Positions 1-14,378 are shown, numbered from the whole stretch's first letter. The stretch is 62,977 nt of DNA, filler included, from Octopus bimaculoides (GCF_001194135.2; 7 parts of 7 records of this genome joined end to end with filler, not necessarily neighbours in it), one strand, 5' to 3'. Made by a program: numbers and translations. The notes: generated by a model not told the origin, from the letters alone.

Positions 1-275
1 TATATATACACACACACACACATATATATACGTGTATATATATGTGTGTGTGTGGGTGTGTGTGTTTGTGTATCTGTGTTTGTCCCCCCACCATCGCTTG
101 ACAACCGATGCTGGTGTATTTACGTCCCCGTAACTTAGCAGTTCAGCAAAGAGTCCGATAGAATAAGTACGAGGCGTACAAAGAATAAGTCCTAGGATCG
201 GTTTGTTTGACTAAAGGCGGTACTCCCGCATGGCCGCAGTCAAATGACTGAAACAAGTAAAAGAATAAAAGAATA
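1..275 (+). mobile_element. SINE family A, 3' half
   Basis: Sequence tttgtcccccc-accatcgcttgacaaccgatgctgg...catggccgcagtcaaatgactgaaacaagtaaaaga is shared with many other copies in the window. Confidence 0.85.
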
Positions 276-900
276 TATATATATGTATACACACACACAT
301 ATAATGTATGTATGCGCGCGTGTGTGGATGTATGTATGTATGTATGTATGTATGTATGTATGTATGTATGTATGTATGTATGTATGTATATGAACAAGAG
401 TCAGGCGTCAAGCAGAGAAATTATTCGAGTTAATATGGTCCGACAGCTCACTTGTAGTTTAGTGAATTATTTCTTAATCTGGGCGGCAGCGCCTCCTAGG
501 GGGCGTTTTAAATATACAAGGAGGCGGTAAATGTATGCCAAACGGTCACTCATGACGTGCGCTGGAAGGTTTTAGAAGTGTCGTGGACTGTGCATGCCTT
601 TTGTCTTTTATTTGTTTCAATCATTAGAATGCAGCCATGCTGGAGCACCGCCTTGGAGGGTTTTTGTCGAACAAATCGACCCCAGTCTGGTAGTTATTCT
701 ATCGGAGACGTAAACACACCAAAACCGGTTGTCAAGCAGTGGTATGGGGACAAACGCAGACACAAAGACACACACACACATATATACATACATGCATACA
801 TACACGCATATATTTCAATCACAACAAAGACATGACTTCATATATATATATATATATAATATATACTCACATGCATATACATGTATATATATGTATGTAT

Positions 901-1258
901 ACTCTCTTTTTACTCTCTTACTTGTTTCAGTCATTTGACTGCGGCCATGCTGGAGCACCACCTTTAGTCGAGCAAATCAACCTTAGGACTTATTTTTTGT
1001 AAGCCTGGTACTTATTCTATCGGTCTCTTTTGCTGAACCGCTAGGTTTAAGGGGACGTAAACACACCAGCATCGGTTGTCAAGCGATGTTGGTGGTGGTG
1101 GTGGGGACAAACACAGACACACAAACACACGCAGACACACATATATACGACGGGCTTCTTTCAGTTTCCGTCTACCAAATCCACTCACAAGGCTTTGGTC
1201 GGCTCGAGATTATAGTAGAAGAAATTTGCCCAAAGTGCCACGCAGTGGGACTGAACCC
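901..1258 (-). mobile_element. SINE family A, head-truncated
   Basis: Reverse-complement match to the family A body and part of the head. Confidence 0.85.
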
Positions 1259-1287
1259 CATAAAAAAAAGTATAATAGAATAAAAGA

Positions 1288-1346
<59 letters not shown>

Positions 1347-1382
1347 CACACATACACAATAATATATTTATTTATATTATAC

Positions 1383-1445
<63 letters not shown>

Positions 1446-1643
1446 CCTATCTATCTATCTCTCTCTATATATATGTATGTATGTATATATATGTCTATGT
1501 TTGTGTGCGTATATATGTATGTTATAAATATGAGACACTGAGAGAGGTAAATAAACAACTGTGCACATGGAACCATCAGAGAAACATGTCCACGCACTTT
1601 ATTATAAACATGTACATACATTCATACATGCATACATTCATAC

Positions 1644-1693
<50 letters not shown>

Positions 1694-2394
1694 GCATTAA
1701 TTTTATGTATATGTATATATGTATATATATGTACATGTATATATGTATAANNNNNNNNNNNNNNNNNNNNNNNNNNNNNNNNNNNNNNNNNNNNNNNNNN
1801 NNNNNNNNNNNNNNNNNNNNNNNNNNNNNNNNNNNNNNNNNNNNNNNNNNNNNNNNNNNNNNNNNNNNNNNNNNNNNNNNNNNNNNNNNNNNNNNNNNNN
1901 NNNNNNNNNNNNNNNNNNNNNNNNNNNNNNNNNNNNNNNNNNNNNNNNNNNNNNNNNNNNNNNNNNNNNNNNNNNNNNNNNNNNNNNNNNNNNNNNNNNN
2001 NNNNNNNNNNNNNNNNNNNNNNNNNNNNNNNNNNNNNNNNNNNNNNNNNNNNNNNNNNNNNNNNNNNNNNNNNNNNNNNNNNNNNNNNNNNNNNNNNNNN
2101 NNNNNNNNNNNNNNNNNNNNNNNNNNNNNNNNNNNNNNNNNNNNNNNNNNNNNNNNNNNNNNNNNNNNNNNNNNNNNNNNNNNNNNNNNNNNNNNNNNNN
2201 NNNNNNNNNNNNNNNNNNNNNNNNNNNNNNNNNNNNNNNNNNNNNNNNNNNNNNNNNNNNNNNNNNNNNNNNNNNNNNNNNNNNNNNNNNNNNNNNNNNN
2301 NNCATCGTTTAACGTCCGCTTTCCATGCTAGCATGGGTTGGACGATTTGACTGAGGACTGGTGAAACCGGATGGCAACACCAGGCTCCAGTCCG

Positions 2395-2427
<33 letters not shown>

Positions 2428-2541
2428 CTTCAACTCCAGCAAACCCAAATACACGTCTACATACATGTCAGCATATAATAACATTGACACACACACACAC
2501 ACAGACACACACACACACAGACACACACAGATACACACAGA

Positions 2542-2582
<41 letters not shown>

Positions 2583-3551
2583 CCACATTCATGTGTCTTG
2601 TACAGTCTTTGTTGACTTTGCGCAAAAGATGGTATAAAAAGAATCTTGTGTTAACAGTCAGTACAAGTAAATTTTATTGATAAACCTGGACAAAAGCCGG
2701 CAGCTCCAAACACCGTTGCTTCCCATAGTTCTCTGCCGTCATATATGTATGTGTATATATATATATATTGGATTGGTTCNNNNNNNNNNNNNNNNNNNNN
2801 NNNNNNNNNNNNNNNNNNNNNNNNNNNNNNNNNNNNNNNNNNNNNNNNNNNNNNNNNNNNNNNNNNNNNNNNNNNNNNNNNNNNNNNNNNNNNNNNNNNN
2901 NNNNNNNNNNNNNNNNNNNNNNNNNNNNNNNNNNNNNNNNNNNNNNNNNNNNNNNNNNNNNNNNNNNNNNNNNNNNNNNNNNNNNNNNNNNNNNNNNNNN
3001 NNNNNNNNNNNNNNNNNNNNNNNNNNNNNNNNNNNNNNNNNNNNNNNNNNNNNNNNNNNNNNNNNNNNNNNNNNNNNNNNNNNNNNNNNNNNNNNNNNNN
3101 NNNNNNNNNNNNNNNNNNNNNNNNNNNNNNNNNNNNNNNNNNNNNNNNNNNNNNNNNNNNNNNNNNNNNNNNNNNNNNNNNNNNNNNNNNNNNNNNNNNN
3201 NNNNNNNNNNNNNNNNNNNNNNNNNNNNNNNNNNNNNNNNNNNNNNNNNNNNNNNNNNNNNNNNNNNNNNNNNNNNNNNNNNNNNNNNNNNNNNNNNNNN
3301 NNNNNNNNNNNNNNNNNNNNNNNNNNNNNNNNNNNNNNNNNNNNNNNNNNNNNNNNNNNNNNNNNNNNNNNNNNNNNNNNNNNNNNNNNNNNNNNNNNNN
3401 NNNNNNNNNNNNNNNNNNNNNNNNNNNNNNNNNNNNNNNNNNNNNNNNNNNNNNNNNNNNNNNNNNNNNNNNNNNNNNNNNNNNNNNNNNNNNNNNNNNN
3501 NNNNNNNNNNNNNNNNNNNNNNNNNNNNNNNNNNNNNNNNNNNNNNNNNNN

Positions 3552-3634
<83 letters not shown>

Positions 3635-4365
3635 TTTAGAATTGTACAAGAAACAAAAGAAAGACAGAAGACAGGTGAAGGAACATCAAACCTGGTGTAT
3701 TAGTTTGACGCTTAGTGGAAATGAAAGAGTCTTTGACGTTTCGAACCTGCGCTCTTCTATAGAAAGAAATGAAAACAAAACAAAACAAAAAACAGACGGA
3801 GAGCGGGGGAAAAAAACTTAGAGAAAAATGCGTGTCTAGATTAACGGTTGCACATGTTGAATTAACCGGAAGGAAGAATGTCGTTGGAGGCAATGGTGCC
3901 AAGTATTGTTGCTGTTACAGTTGCCGTCGCTGCTGTAGTGTTGCCCGCTCTTCTTCATGATGCTAGTAACCGTTGATGTTGTTGTTGTTGTTGTTGCTGT
4001 TAATCTCTACTGGTGGTGGTGGTGGTGTCGGCTGAGATGTTTATGTAATTCTTGATGGCCGTGTCCGTCTGGTTGTGTTATTGCAAGCTTAGCTGGTTGT
4101 GTTGTCGGCGTTGTTATTGTTGTTGTGGCTATTGATGTCGATGTTTATTTATGCATTTAACATTGTCGTTATAGTACTAGTTTGAAGTCGGTGGTGGAGA
4201 TTGATGTTTTTGGAGGGGGGATGTTGGTGATGGAGGAGTGTATTAGTGGTGGTGGTTGTGGTGTTGGCCGTAGCACTGATATCTTGCTCTCTGGGGGTAT
4301 ATTTTTGTTCTGTCTTTTTCCGCTGTTACAACTGTTGCTAGTTGATGATGATGGTGATGATGATA

Positions 4366-4403
<38 letters not shown>

Positions 4404-4824
4404 AATGTTGCTGTTGCTGCACCACCACCACCACCATGATCATGATCATGAGCATGATCATGAGCATGATCATCAGAAGTAGCAGCAGCAGCAGCACAAA
4501 CGTCAACAAGAAACTATGAACATTCTTTCAGCATAGTGTCCAGGTCTGTGTGAAAGACTGTATAACGGCTGGTTTGTCTTTCCACTCCATATTGTCATCG
4601 GAATCAAAAGAAAGTCTTGGCGGCCATTTTTACCCTTTATGTTAGATACACACCCTGCAGAAACGTTCTTCTTCGATCACTGTTTTCCTTGCTCTCAACA
4701 TTAACAACTTATTTCAAACACTCTGAACCATTCTTCAACCAGCAATAGCGACTATATATATATGTGTGTGTGGTGTGTGTGTGTGTGTGTACGATAATGT
4801 ATATGCATATATGTATGTATTTAT

Positions 4825-4861
<37 letters not shown>

Positions 4862-4974
4862 TAAATGCATGCATGTATATGTATAAGTATATATATGTGT
4901 GTGTGCTTGTGTGTACCTTCATCGCCACCAACATCCCATCATATATCATCTCCCATCACCCCTATTATCCTCAA

Positions 4975-5055
<81 letters not shown>

Positions 5056-5221
5056 ATATATATGTGTATATATATATATGTATGTGTATATATATATGTA
5101 TGTATGTATATTCAAATCCTCATCTTAAAGTTCCTTTCCACGATAGGCACAAGGTCTGAATCTTTGAGAGACAGGGGCCAGTCGATTTTATCTTCCTCGG
5201 TGCTCAAATAATAATAATACC

Positions 5222-5273
<52 letters not shown>

Positions 5274-5276
<3 letters not shown>

Positions 5277-5470
5277 GTTTCAAATTTTGCCACAAGGGCA
5301 GTCATTTTGGAGGAAGGGATGAGTTGATTACATCGACCCCAGTTTTTCACTGATACTTAATTTACCGACCCCGAAAGGATGAAAAGCAAAGTCGATCTTG
5401 GCACAATTTCCTCTCAGAACGTAGCGACGGGAGAAATACCGCTAAGCATTTCGTCCAGGATGCTAACGAT
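5274..5470 (-). mobile_element. SINE family B with (ATT)n tail
   Basis: Minus strand has core gactttgcttttcatcctttcggggtcgg...; the tail is the (AAT)n array at 5208-5275 on the + strand. Confidence 0.8.
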
Positions 5471-5479
5471 GATAATAAC

Positions 5480-5790
5480 CATATTGGAATGATATCGAAA
5501 GTAGCCAACAAATATGGAGACCAAATTCCTGGCAGCCCCCAAATAGGCGAATTATTGCAGGGTGACTCACATATTTCACGTAAATTTCTCACAATCTTAT
5601 TCATTCACTTTTATTATAAATTTTATAAAAAGATGTTCTTTTTTTTTTATAACACACACGTCAGTTATTTTAATTGCATATCACTTCACCAGTTTTCATC
5701 ATGAGATGCAAAACACCCCGCCAAGAATTCCTTGACGTCTCTGGTTGAGACTTAAGTGCAGTTTATATAAATCAAAGCGAAGGCAGAGCA
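5480..5790 (+). mobile_element. R4/Dong-clade non-LTR retrotransposon 3' remnant
   Basis: IGMISKVANKYGDQIPGSPQIGELL..SHISRKFL is similar to the C-terminus of the R4/Dong RLE domain seen at 58667-59051. Confidence 0.6.
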
Positions 5791-6330
5791 TAATTGTAAT
5801 GATAAATATTTTCCCAATCCGCTTGCATATAATTACAACAACACACTATGTGGGAGTAGATAAATAATGCACCGCTACAAAAATATAGAAGGTAGCAACA
5901 TAGAATAGTTGCCTTTCTAGGAAGATTAAGAAAAATATGTGCCGTTTGATGAGTAAATACAACAAACAATGAACAAACGTGACTGTAAATACTCGCTTAA
6001 AATTAAAAGTATCTGCTTTTGATATTAGACCAAAAAGATATATCACTTCGTTTCGTTCAAAGTCGTTTGTTTGTAAGACCTTTGCCAAATCAGTTAAACC
6101 CATAACAATCGCTCGCAAAGTCTTTAACATACTGAAATTTTATTTGCTATTATTTTACCGCCCTTTCTTTGTTAAATCGTCGTGTTTTAAATTCAGCAAA
6201 CTATAAACAAATAATTGATTATGTTTTTGTATTTCACGAACATTGACTAAGATGCAGTCTTAGTACGTCTGCTGTCTGCAGTATAGAAATGCAACAGTTT
6301 TAAGGCAAAGCAATACTTAAATAGAAAATG

Positions 6331-6508
6331 GTGGAGTTACTTTAATCTCATATTGAAGAAATATCTAGTACTGATCTCATGAAAGTGGATCAGCGCCGTG
6401 CTGAGGATGACGATGAGAGTAAGAACACAAAACCATCACAAATTTTAACAACTAGAGATTTGTCTAAGGTCTTCTAGTTTTTAGATAAAGTTAAGGCCAT
6501 TTTCACTA
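6331..6508 (+). mobile_element. pogo/Tigger transposase C-terminal remnant
   Basis: VELL*SHIEEISSTDLMKVDQRRAEDDDESK...LTTRDLSKVF*FLDKVKAIF resembles the Tigger-type ELLxSH.EEL...DL.E region and has in-frame stops. Confidence 0.6.
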
Positions 6509-6608
6509 NNNNNNNNNNNNNNNNNNNNNNNNNNNNNNNNNNNNNNNNNNNNTTAATTAATTAANNNNNNNNNNNNNNNNNNNNNNNNNNNNNNNNNNNN
6601 NNNNNNNN
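6509..6608. other. Artificial scaffold linker; identical linkers at 10343-10442, 14279-14378, 25304-25403, 57195-57294, 60264-60363
   Basis: Each is exactly 44 N + TTAATTAATTAA (stop codons in all six frames) + 44 N. Confidence 0.97.
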
Positions 6609-6802
6609 ATATGTATATATTTGTGTATACATTTATATACTTAGGTGTGTATGTATGTATAAATATATACAGAAATGTATATATATACATAAATGCATAT
6701 ACATAAATGTATATCTATGTAAGTGTATTCTCTGATATAGCAAGCGTTACATATTTAATGCAACTATGATACATACATACACACACATACACACACACGC
6801 AC

Positions 6803-6839
<37 letters not shown>

Positions 6840-6848
6840 CATACAGAC

Positions 6849-6914
<66 letters not shown>

Positions 6915-6965
6915 ATATATATACAAGTATAATAAATATATATATACTGTATACTAACTATTGAA

Positions 6966-7034
<69 letters not shown>

Positions 7035-7412
7035 TACATATATGTATAAGCACACACACACACACACACACACCCATATATTATATTTACAAAGTATTGA
7101 AGTCAATATTTCATATTTTCAATATATGATATTTACAAAACATTTACCAAAATATACATGTATAAAGAAAGACAGGATAAATTTTTAATTTTTGCATACG
7201 TATATGATTGAGATTTGATGTATGTCTATAACAATAAATATATAATATGTAACATTTTTCTTATCGTGAATAACATTCTGCAAAATACGTAACAGTTTAC
7301 TGTTTGCTAATGTAGTATATATAGGTGAATATTAGTGTATAGGTTAATTAGTATGCGTAGACTGTGCAGAATCCTGCCGTACTTCTTCCTCTGTCTATAT
7401 GTATACGTATAT

Positions 7413-7832
7413 ACTCCTTTACTATTTTACTTGTTTGAGTCATTTGACTGTGGCCATGCTGGAGCACCGCTTTTAGTCGAGCAAATCGACCCCAGGAGTT
7501 ATTCTTTGTAAGCCTAGTACTTATTCTATCGGTCTGTTTTGCCGAACCGCTAAGTTACGGGGACGTAAACACACCAGCATCGGTTGTCAAGCGATGTTGG
7601 GGGGACAAACACAGACACACAAACATATACACACACATACAAATATATATATATATATATATACATATATACGACGGGCTTCTTTCAGTTTCCGTCTACC
7701 AAATCCACTCACAAAGCTTTGGTCGGCCCGAGGCTATAGTAGAAGACACCTGCCCAAGGTGCCACGCAGTGGGACTGAACCCGGGACCATGTGGTTCGTA
7801 AGCAAGCTACTTACCACACAGCCACTCCTACG
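7413..7832 (-). mobile_element. SINE family A, near full length (tRNA-derived head, internal TA/CA microsatellite)
   Basis: Minus strand has A-box-like TGGCTGTGTGG and B-box-like GGTTCAGTCCC, an internal microsatellite, and a tail ending in gtaaaa/agag-type repeats. Confidence 0.9.
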
Positions 7833-7881
<49 letters not shown>

Positions 7882-8200
7882 TTATGTGTGTGAGTGCGCC
7901 CGCGTCTATAATATGTTTAAACTCGTCTCTTTACCGATCACCTTAAAGATCCCGTCTGTTTTATCTTGTACTTGTCTGATTTTGTAATCAAATTCTCTCA
8001 TTTTTTGCCACGGCAGCTTTTGCTGCTGACACCGCAAGAGTGAATTATTTTATCGGTAAAGCGTCGAAATTGTGATGATTCTTGGTGGATAACTGATGAG
8101 GGTTATCCACATCCTTCGTCGTTTTTCCCAATTTAACGTGTTCCGTCATCGTCCCTCTGTCACAGCGTTTACTATTACATACACTCGCACACTCACACAT

Positions 8201-8296
<96 letters not shown>

Positions 8297-8636
8297 ACAC
8301 ACGCACACACACACACAAACACACACACATGTTCGTGTGTGTGTCTACATACTCGCATCTGCATATGTATTCATTTATTTGCATATGTTTAAATATATGT
8401 GCATATATTTGTATATGTTTATATATATATATATATATATATACATACACATATATATATATATACACACATATATATGTATATATATATATAAATATAT
8501 CGAATGACCTGTCCGAGTTTTCTTTGTATCGTCTATCTGGATGTTTTGTCCTTTTCATTTATCACCTAACTGCCTGGATATTTTGTGTTCTTGTCTCATT
8601 CTGTAATATAAATATATATATATATATATATAATAC

Positions 8637-8714
8637 AGGCATAGCTGTGTGGTAAGAAGCCTTGTGAGTGGATTTGACAGACGGAAACTGAAAGAAGCCC
8701 GTCGTATATATCTA

Positions 8715-8764
<50 letters not shown>

Positions 8765-8975
8765 TGTGTGTGTTTGTCCCCCCATCATCACTTGACAATC
8801 GATGCTGGTGTGTTTACGGGGACGTAACTTAGCGGTTCGGGAAAAGAGTCCGATAGGATAAGTACTAGGCTTACAAAGTATAAGTGCTGGGATCAATTTG
8901 TTCGACTAAAGGCGGTGCTCCAGCGTGGCCGCAGTCAAATGACTGAAACAGATAAATAAATAAACGAATAAAAGA
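8637..8975 (+). mobile_element. SINE family A, internally deleted head
   Basis: ggcatagctgtgtggtaagaag joins directly to ccttgtgagtggatttg; the rest matches family A. Confidence 0.8.
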
Positions 8976-9558
8976 ATATATATATACATATATGTATGTA
9001 TGTTTGTATTTACGTATGTATGTATGCATGTATGTATGTATGTATGTTATGTATGTATTATGTATGTATGTATGTATGTATGTATGTATGTATGTATCTA
9101 CGCACACATACATACATGTACATGTACATACAATGAGCAGGCACAGTATGGTCGAATGGTTGAGGATTTTTCTTTCATAAGCACGATATCCCGAGTTCTA
9201 TTCCACTGCGTGGTAGGTTTGGCAATTGTCTAAAAACGGCCCATAACTTGTGAGGAAAACTGAGTGTATAGTTTCGAGTGGATTGCACTTGTAATTCAAA
9301 GTTATTGCTTTGTCACTCGCTGTCAAGCTGAAGAAGCCCAAGAATTACTTAGAGTATTGTGTCTGTGGAATGCTCAGCCACATTCATACATACATAAATA
9401 CATAAATACAAACACACACACGCACAGACACATAAATTTATACATATGCATATACTTAAATATAAATACCTATATGAATACATGCATTAACACACACATA
9501 ATGTATATATATATATATATATATATATATTACAAGTACATATATATACATATTACAA

Positions 9559-9590
<32 letters not shown>

Positions 9591-9902
9591 NNNNNNNNNN
9601 NNNNNNNNNNNNNNNNNNNNNNNNNNNNNNNNNNNNNNNNNNNNNNNNNNNNNNNNNNNNNNNNNNNNNNNNNNNNNNNNNNNNNNNNNNNNNNNNNNNN
9701 NNNNNNNNNNNNNNNNNNNNNNNNNNNNNNNNNNNNNNNNNNNNNNNNNNNNNNNNNNNNNNNNNNNNNNNNNNNNNNNNNNNNNNNNNNNNNNNNNNNN
9801 NNNNNNNNNNNNNNNNNNNNNNNNNNNNNNNNNNNNNNNNNNNNNNNNNNNNNNNNNNNNNNNNNNNNNNNNNNNNNNNNNNNNNNNNNNNNNNNNNNNN
9901 NN

Positions 9903-9949
<47 letters not shown>

Positions 9950-10272
9950 ATAAATGTACATACATATATACACAAGCATAGATATGTATATAGATATATG
10001 TGGGTGAGTGTATGTGTGAATGTGTGAGTGTATATATATATGGATGAATAACAATGTACCTTGTATATTAATGGAAATTTGGCTAGTATGTCTAGAAAGC
10101 CATGCTTCTACGTTGATCACAATAGTTAGAGTGTGTTTGTGTGGCCATTTTGGTGTGTTGTAATGCGTAAGTCTGACAGACATTATGTTACTCCTTGTTC
10201 GTTGCGTAAACGCTGTTTTCCAATGTAATCTGTCTAGTAGCAGACAGCACGTTACCGTAAATATCTAGCATT

Positions 10273-10342
<70 letters not shown>

Positions 10343-13168
10343 NNNNNNNNNNNNNNNNNNNNNNNNNNNNNNNNNNNNNNNNNNNNTTAATTAATTAANN
10401 NNNNNNNNNNNNNNNNNNNNNNNNNNNNNNNNNNNNNNNNNNGTGCTGGTGAGGAGGGTGGTGTTGGAGAGGTAAGGGCAAGTGCGGCAGCGTGGGCGGG
10501 AGCAGGGAAACGAGCCAGGTTGGGAGGTTGGGTTGGGATATATATATAGTTGAAATTTATAGGAAAACAAAAGACGAAGAGAGGTGTATAAACAACAAGC
10601 ATGTGTATTAGTTTGACGCTCGGAAAAAATGAAAAAGTCTTTTACTTTTCGAGCCTACGCTCTTCAACGGGTAAAAATGGCTGTAAGAAAGAAAGGGAGA
10701 AAAAAAAATATATATAGCATGAATGTCCTTGGGGGCCACATCCTTTTCTGCAGGTACTTCATAATATCGTGATGCATGATTTTATCCATTTTTAAGAGAA
10801 GTTGCTACTACTCACTTTTGAAGTGTTCGTTGAACAGGCAGATTTCAGTTTATCTGGAAAGGGAGCAATGCAGTTATAACTAAGAAGCATTGAAAGTAAT
10901 GCATGCAAGATTTAACAGGTATATATATATCTGTTCATATTCTTTATATTCATCTTAAGAACTTTTCTTTGCTTGTCAGAAGGTTGTAGAAAAAGACATT
11001 TGCACAAGGTGAACGCAGAGGGACTGAACCAGAAACCATTTTATAGCGAAACGAACGTCTTACCTCTTCCATACATTTCTGTGTGCATATCTATGTGCAC
11101 ATGTTTATAAGAAGCTCGCTACTGAGAAGCTGAAAGCATCATCTCATTTAGTATCTGTATATATATTCTTTGTATTCACTATTTTTACTGCATTGTATAA
11201 TTACTTAACTGTACAACGATCACTATAATCAGTCGCACGTTTGTTAAATTTGTGGCATATCCTCTCATTTATTGCTATATTCGGTGTTCTTTACATTGTT
11301 GTTGCTCACGTCACTATTTTGTTTTTCTCCTTGTTTAACTTATTGATTGCACCTGTTAAAAATGAGATTTTTCTCTGACTTCTATATATTTTGTATATAC
11401 TATTTCCTTTTTTTCTTTGTTTCGTTTTCTGCCTCTTCTAGTTTTAGTTTCAGTTTAAATTACACCTCTTGTGTCTTTCACTCGCCGTTTTGTGTTTCTC
11501 TACCTACGTTGTTTGTAATTTAGCATCAAAGTCATTGATGCAAGGTGTAGTATATTAGTTTACTCTAACATCTTTGCACGCTCTTTGCCTCCGTTTGTAT
11601 ATATTTTTTTTTATCTGTAGTTTATTTTTTTACCTAACCGTTTTGTTTACCATGATTTTCGTTTATTTTAACTTTATCTTTTTTAAATTGTTTTTTCGTC
11701 TTAAATATATTTTCACATGTTTTCTGTTGGTTTTGTTTACTATAAACATGCGAAAAAATAATCCAATTATATGTCGTGAAAGGCTGCTTCAATCACAGTG
11801 AAAGTAACTAACAATCGCTTATTATGTTTTCACTTCATTAATCGAAAATTCGTCGCGTTGTCGTTTCTTCGTTTTCAAAACCCAATATCAGTTACTACTA
11901 AGTGTCTTCTGAATGAACTTTCCTGTTTCCGGTAGAAAACATTTTGTTTTTATGCTTTCATTTGATATGTATTGATTTGTATAATTTTTTTACGTTTATT
12001 TATTTTTTTTCGTTTCATTTAAAGATCGTTTGGTATATATAGTGTTCTCTCTCTTTGGTTTGCTTGTTTGCAAATAATGAAGAGAAAGAACTGATTTTAC
12101 TCTAATAATCAGAGTAAAAGTTACTTTGACAATACAGGTCTAGAGTAGGCGCCGATTATTCTTTCTGCTAAGCAAACAACAGAAGAAAGGGGAATATACT
12201 ATAGAGAAAGAATAGCATAATACAGACAAGGATAGAACATAATAGAAAGGAGACAAAGAAAAATATAAAATATACAAAGAACAAATTACAAAAAATGTAC
12301 ATACAATTACAAACGAGCGAATCCTGAATTTAAATTGAATATATAGAAAGGAAACAGTCAAAAATACACAAGAGCAACAAGCATAACATGAAGAAAAACA
12401 GCAAGAAATCAAAATCACAATAAGAGCGTCAACAACTCAAACAATAAACAAGTATAGTCTAATGAAAAGTTCATTTATCTATGTAGAAAGAACGCCATAC
12501 ACGTGCATAGTGTTTTAGATAATGTCCCAGGATATCAGTTAACTGTTGCATAGGAAATAAAACTGGCATGACATGAACTGCAGCACAATAACCGATATAG
12601 AAGTTCGCCCTCGCCACCGTCGTCGATGTTGTCTTCACCAACAACACCGTCACATCTTCATCGTCATCAACATCATCAACGTCGTCGTCGTCGTCGTCGT
12701 CATCATCATAATCATGCTCATCGCCGCGACCAACAAAACCATCTCAGCTGTCGTCGTTGTCATTATCACCACCACCACAAGCACCACTATTATCCTCATC
12801 GTTATCATCGTCATCAGCTTCAAAAACACCACAATTGTTACCACCGGCACCTCAACCATTTTGTCACCATAACCATCATCCTCATAATCATCATAACCAA
12901 CAATAGTATGAGCATACACATGATTAAATCGTTCTAGTAGTGAACATCCTGTTAGTTTGTTTCTTTTCAGATTCAGCCACATTGTGTCACAAACACACTA
13001 TACTGTACGAACCTGAGTAGTAGCATGATATTCTACGAAGGATGAGGATTCGTATTAATACTGTATTAATGTACTATTATGAATATACTATGTGGACGCT
13101 TTTGTGTATATTTGTGCGAGCTTGCGCCAGTTTGTGTGTGTGCCTGTACGTATATGTATATATATGTA

Positions 13169-13215
<47 letters not shown>

Positions 13216-14378
13216 ATTATTACAAATTTGGGATCTTACCAATACAACATCAACTCCTATTTCTATTTCATATTTCGGGGACCTGCTACGATAAGTGCCA
13301 TTTGATCAAAGACGTCGATATATTTGACATAGCAGCTCCACCTTTGACATAGCGGCTCCACCAAAACTACTAGACTTAAGCCCAAATTTGAAGCCAATAT
13401 ATAGCTTGAATGCTGTTTATAGCAAGTCATCACGAGGTGATGTACAGCCAAAAAAAAAAACACACACACACACATACATACACACGCATACACACATGCA
13501 CTCACATACGCATACACACGCACATAACAAAAAAGATATATTGCAAAACAGGAAGTTTTGTCACATATATAGTGGTATTAACTATTCACCATTACACATG
13601 TTTCATTTCCTAATAGGAACTACAGAGTTTTACATGTTAGACATATAAAAAATTTCCTGTTGTTCGATTGAAGAATTTCTAATAGGAAATACCTTTAATG
13701 TCTACCTAACTTGTGAAACTCTGAATTTCTTTTAGCAAATGGAACATGTGTAATGGTGAATAAATAAATATTATCAATAAATTTTCCAGTTTCTTGTTCT
13801 ATTATACTGTGATGCTCCAGGACGATCAGAGCAGCATGGCTGAAACAAATTAAAGAATATATTGAATTTTCAATTCTAATAGGTACCTTACATCAATGCA
13901 ATAATGATAGCATCTATATACTCTATTTCAATGATTGAATAAGCAAATGCACTTCAAGAGGAAGCAGCAGAAATTTTAGCCTCCCTAACTCTCTACGTAC
14001 GTCGGTACGTACGTAGATTGGTAGGTAAGTAGGAAGGTAGGTACGTACGTAGCTACCTAGCTAGCTAGCTAGCTAGCTACCTACCTACCTACCTACCTAC
14101 CTACCTACCTGCCTACCTACCTACCTACCTAACTATCTACCAAGGATGTGGAACGAAAGATTTTTCAGACAAAAGAGAATAAAATAAGAACAACAATAAA
14201 TCTGAAGTGAAGAACAAATATATAGTGCGTGCGCTTATTTGCTAAAAATGACCATCCCGAAATATAGCAATATATATANNNNNNNNNNNNNNNNNNNNNN
14301 NNNNNNNNNNNNNNNNNNNNNNTTAATTAATTAANNNNNNNNNNNNNNNNNNNNNNNNNNNNNNNNNNNNNNNNNNNN

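Noticed and set aside
5846-6130. 94-aa minus-strand ORF MLKTLRAIVMGL...
   Set aside because: No recognisable homology; the second half is compositionally biased AT-rich sequence.
6553-6564. Recurrent TTAATTAATTAA motif as a biological element
   Set aside because: It is always centred in an exact 100-bp N gap, so it is an assembly linker.
7760-7832. tRNA genes suggested by A/B boxes
   Set aside because: The boxes are SINE heads that continue into SINE bodies, and no cloverleaf is evident.
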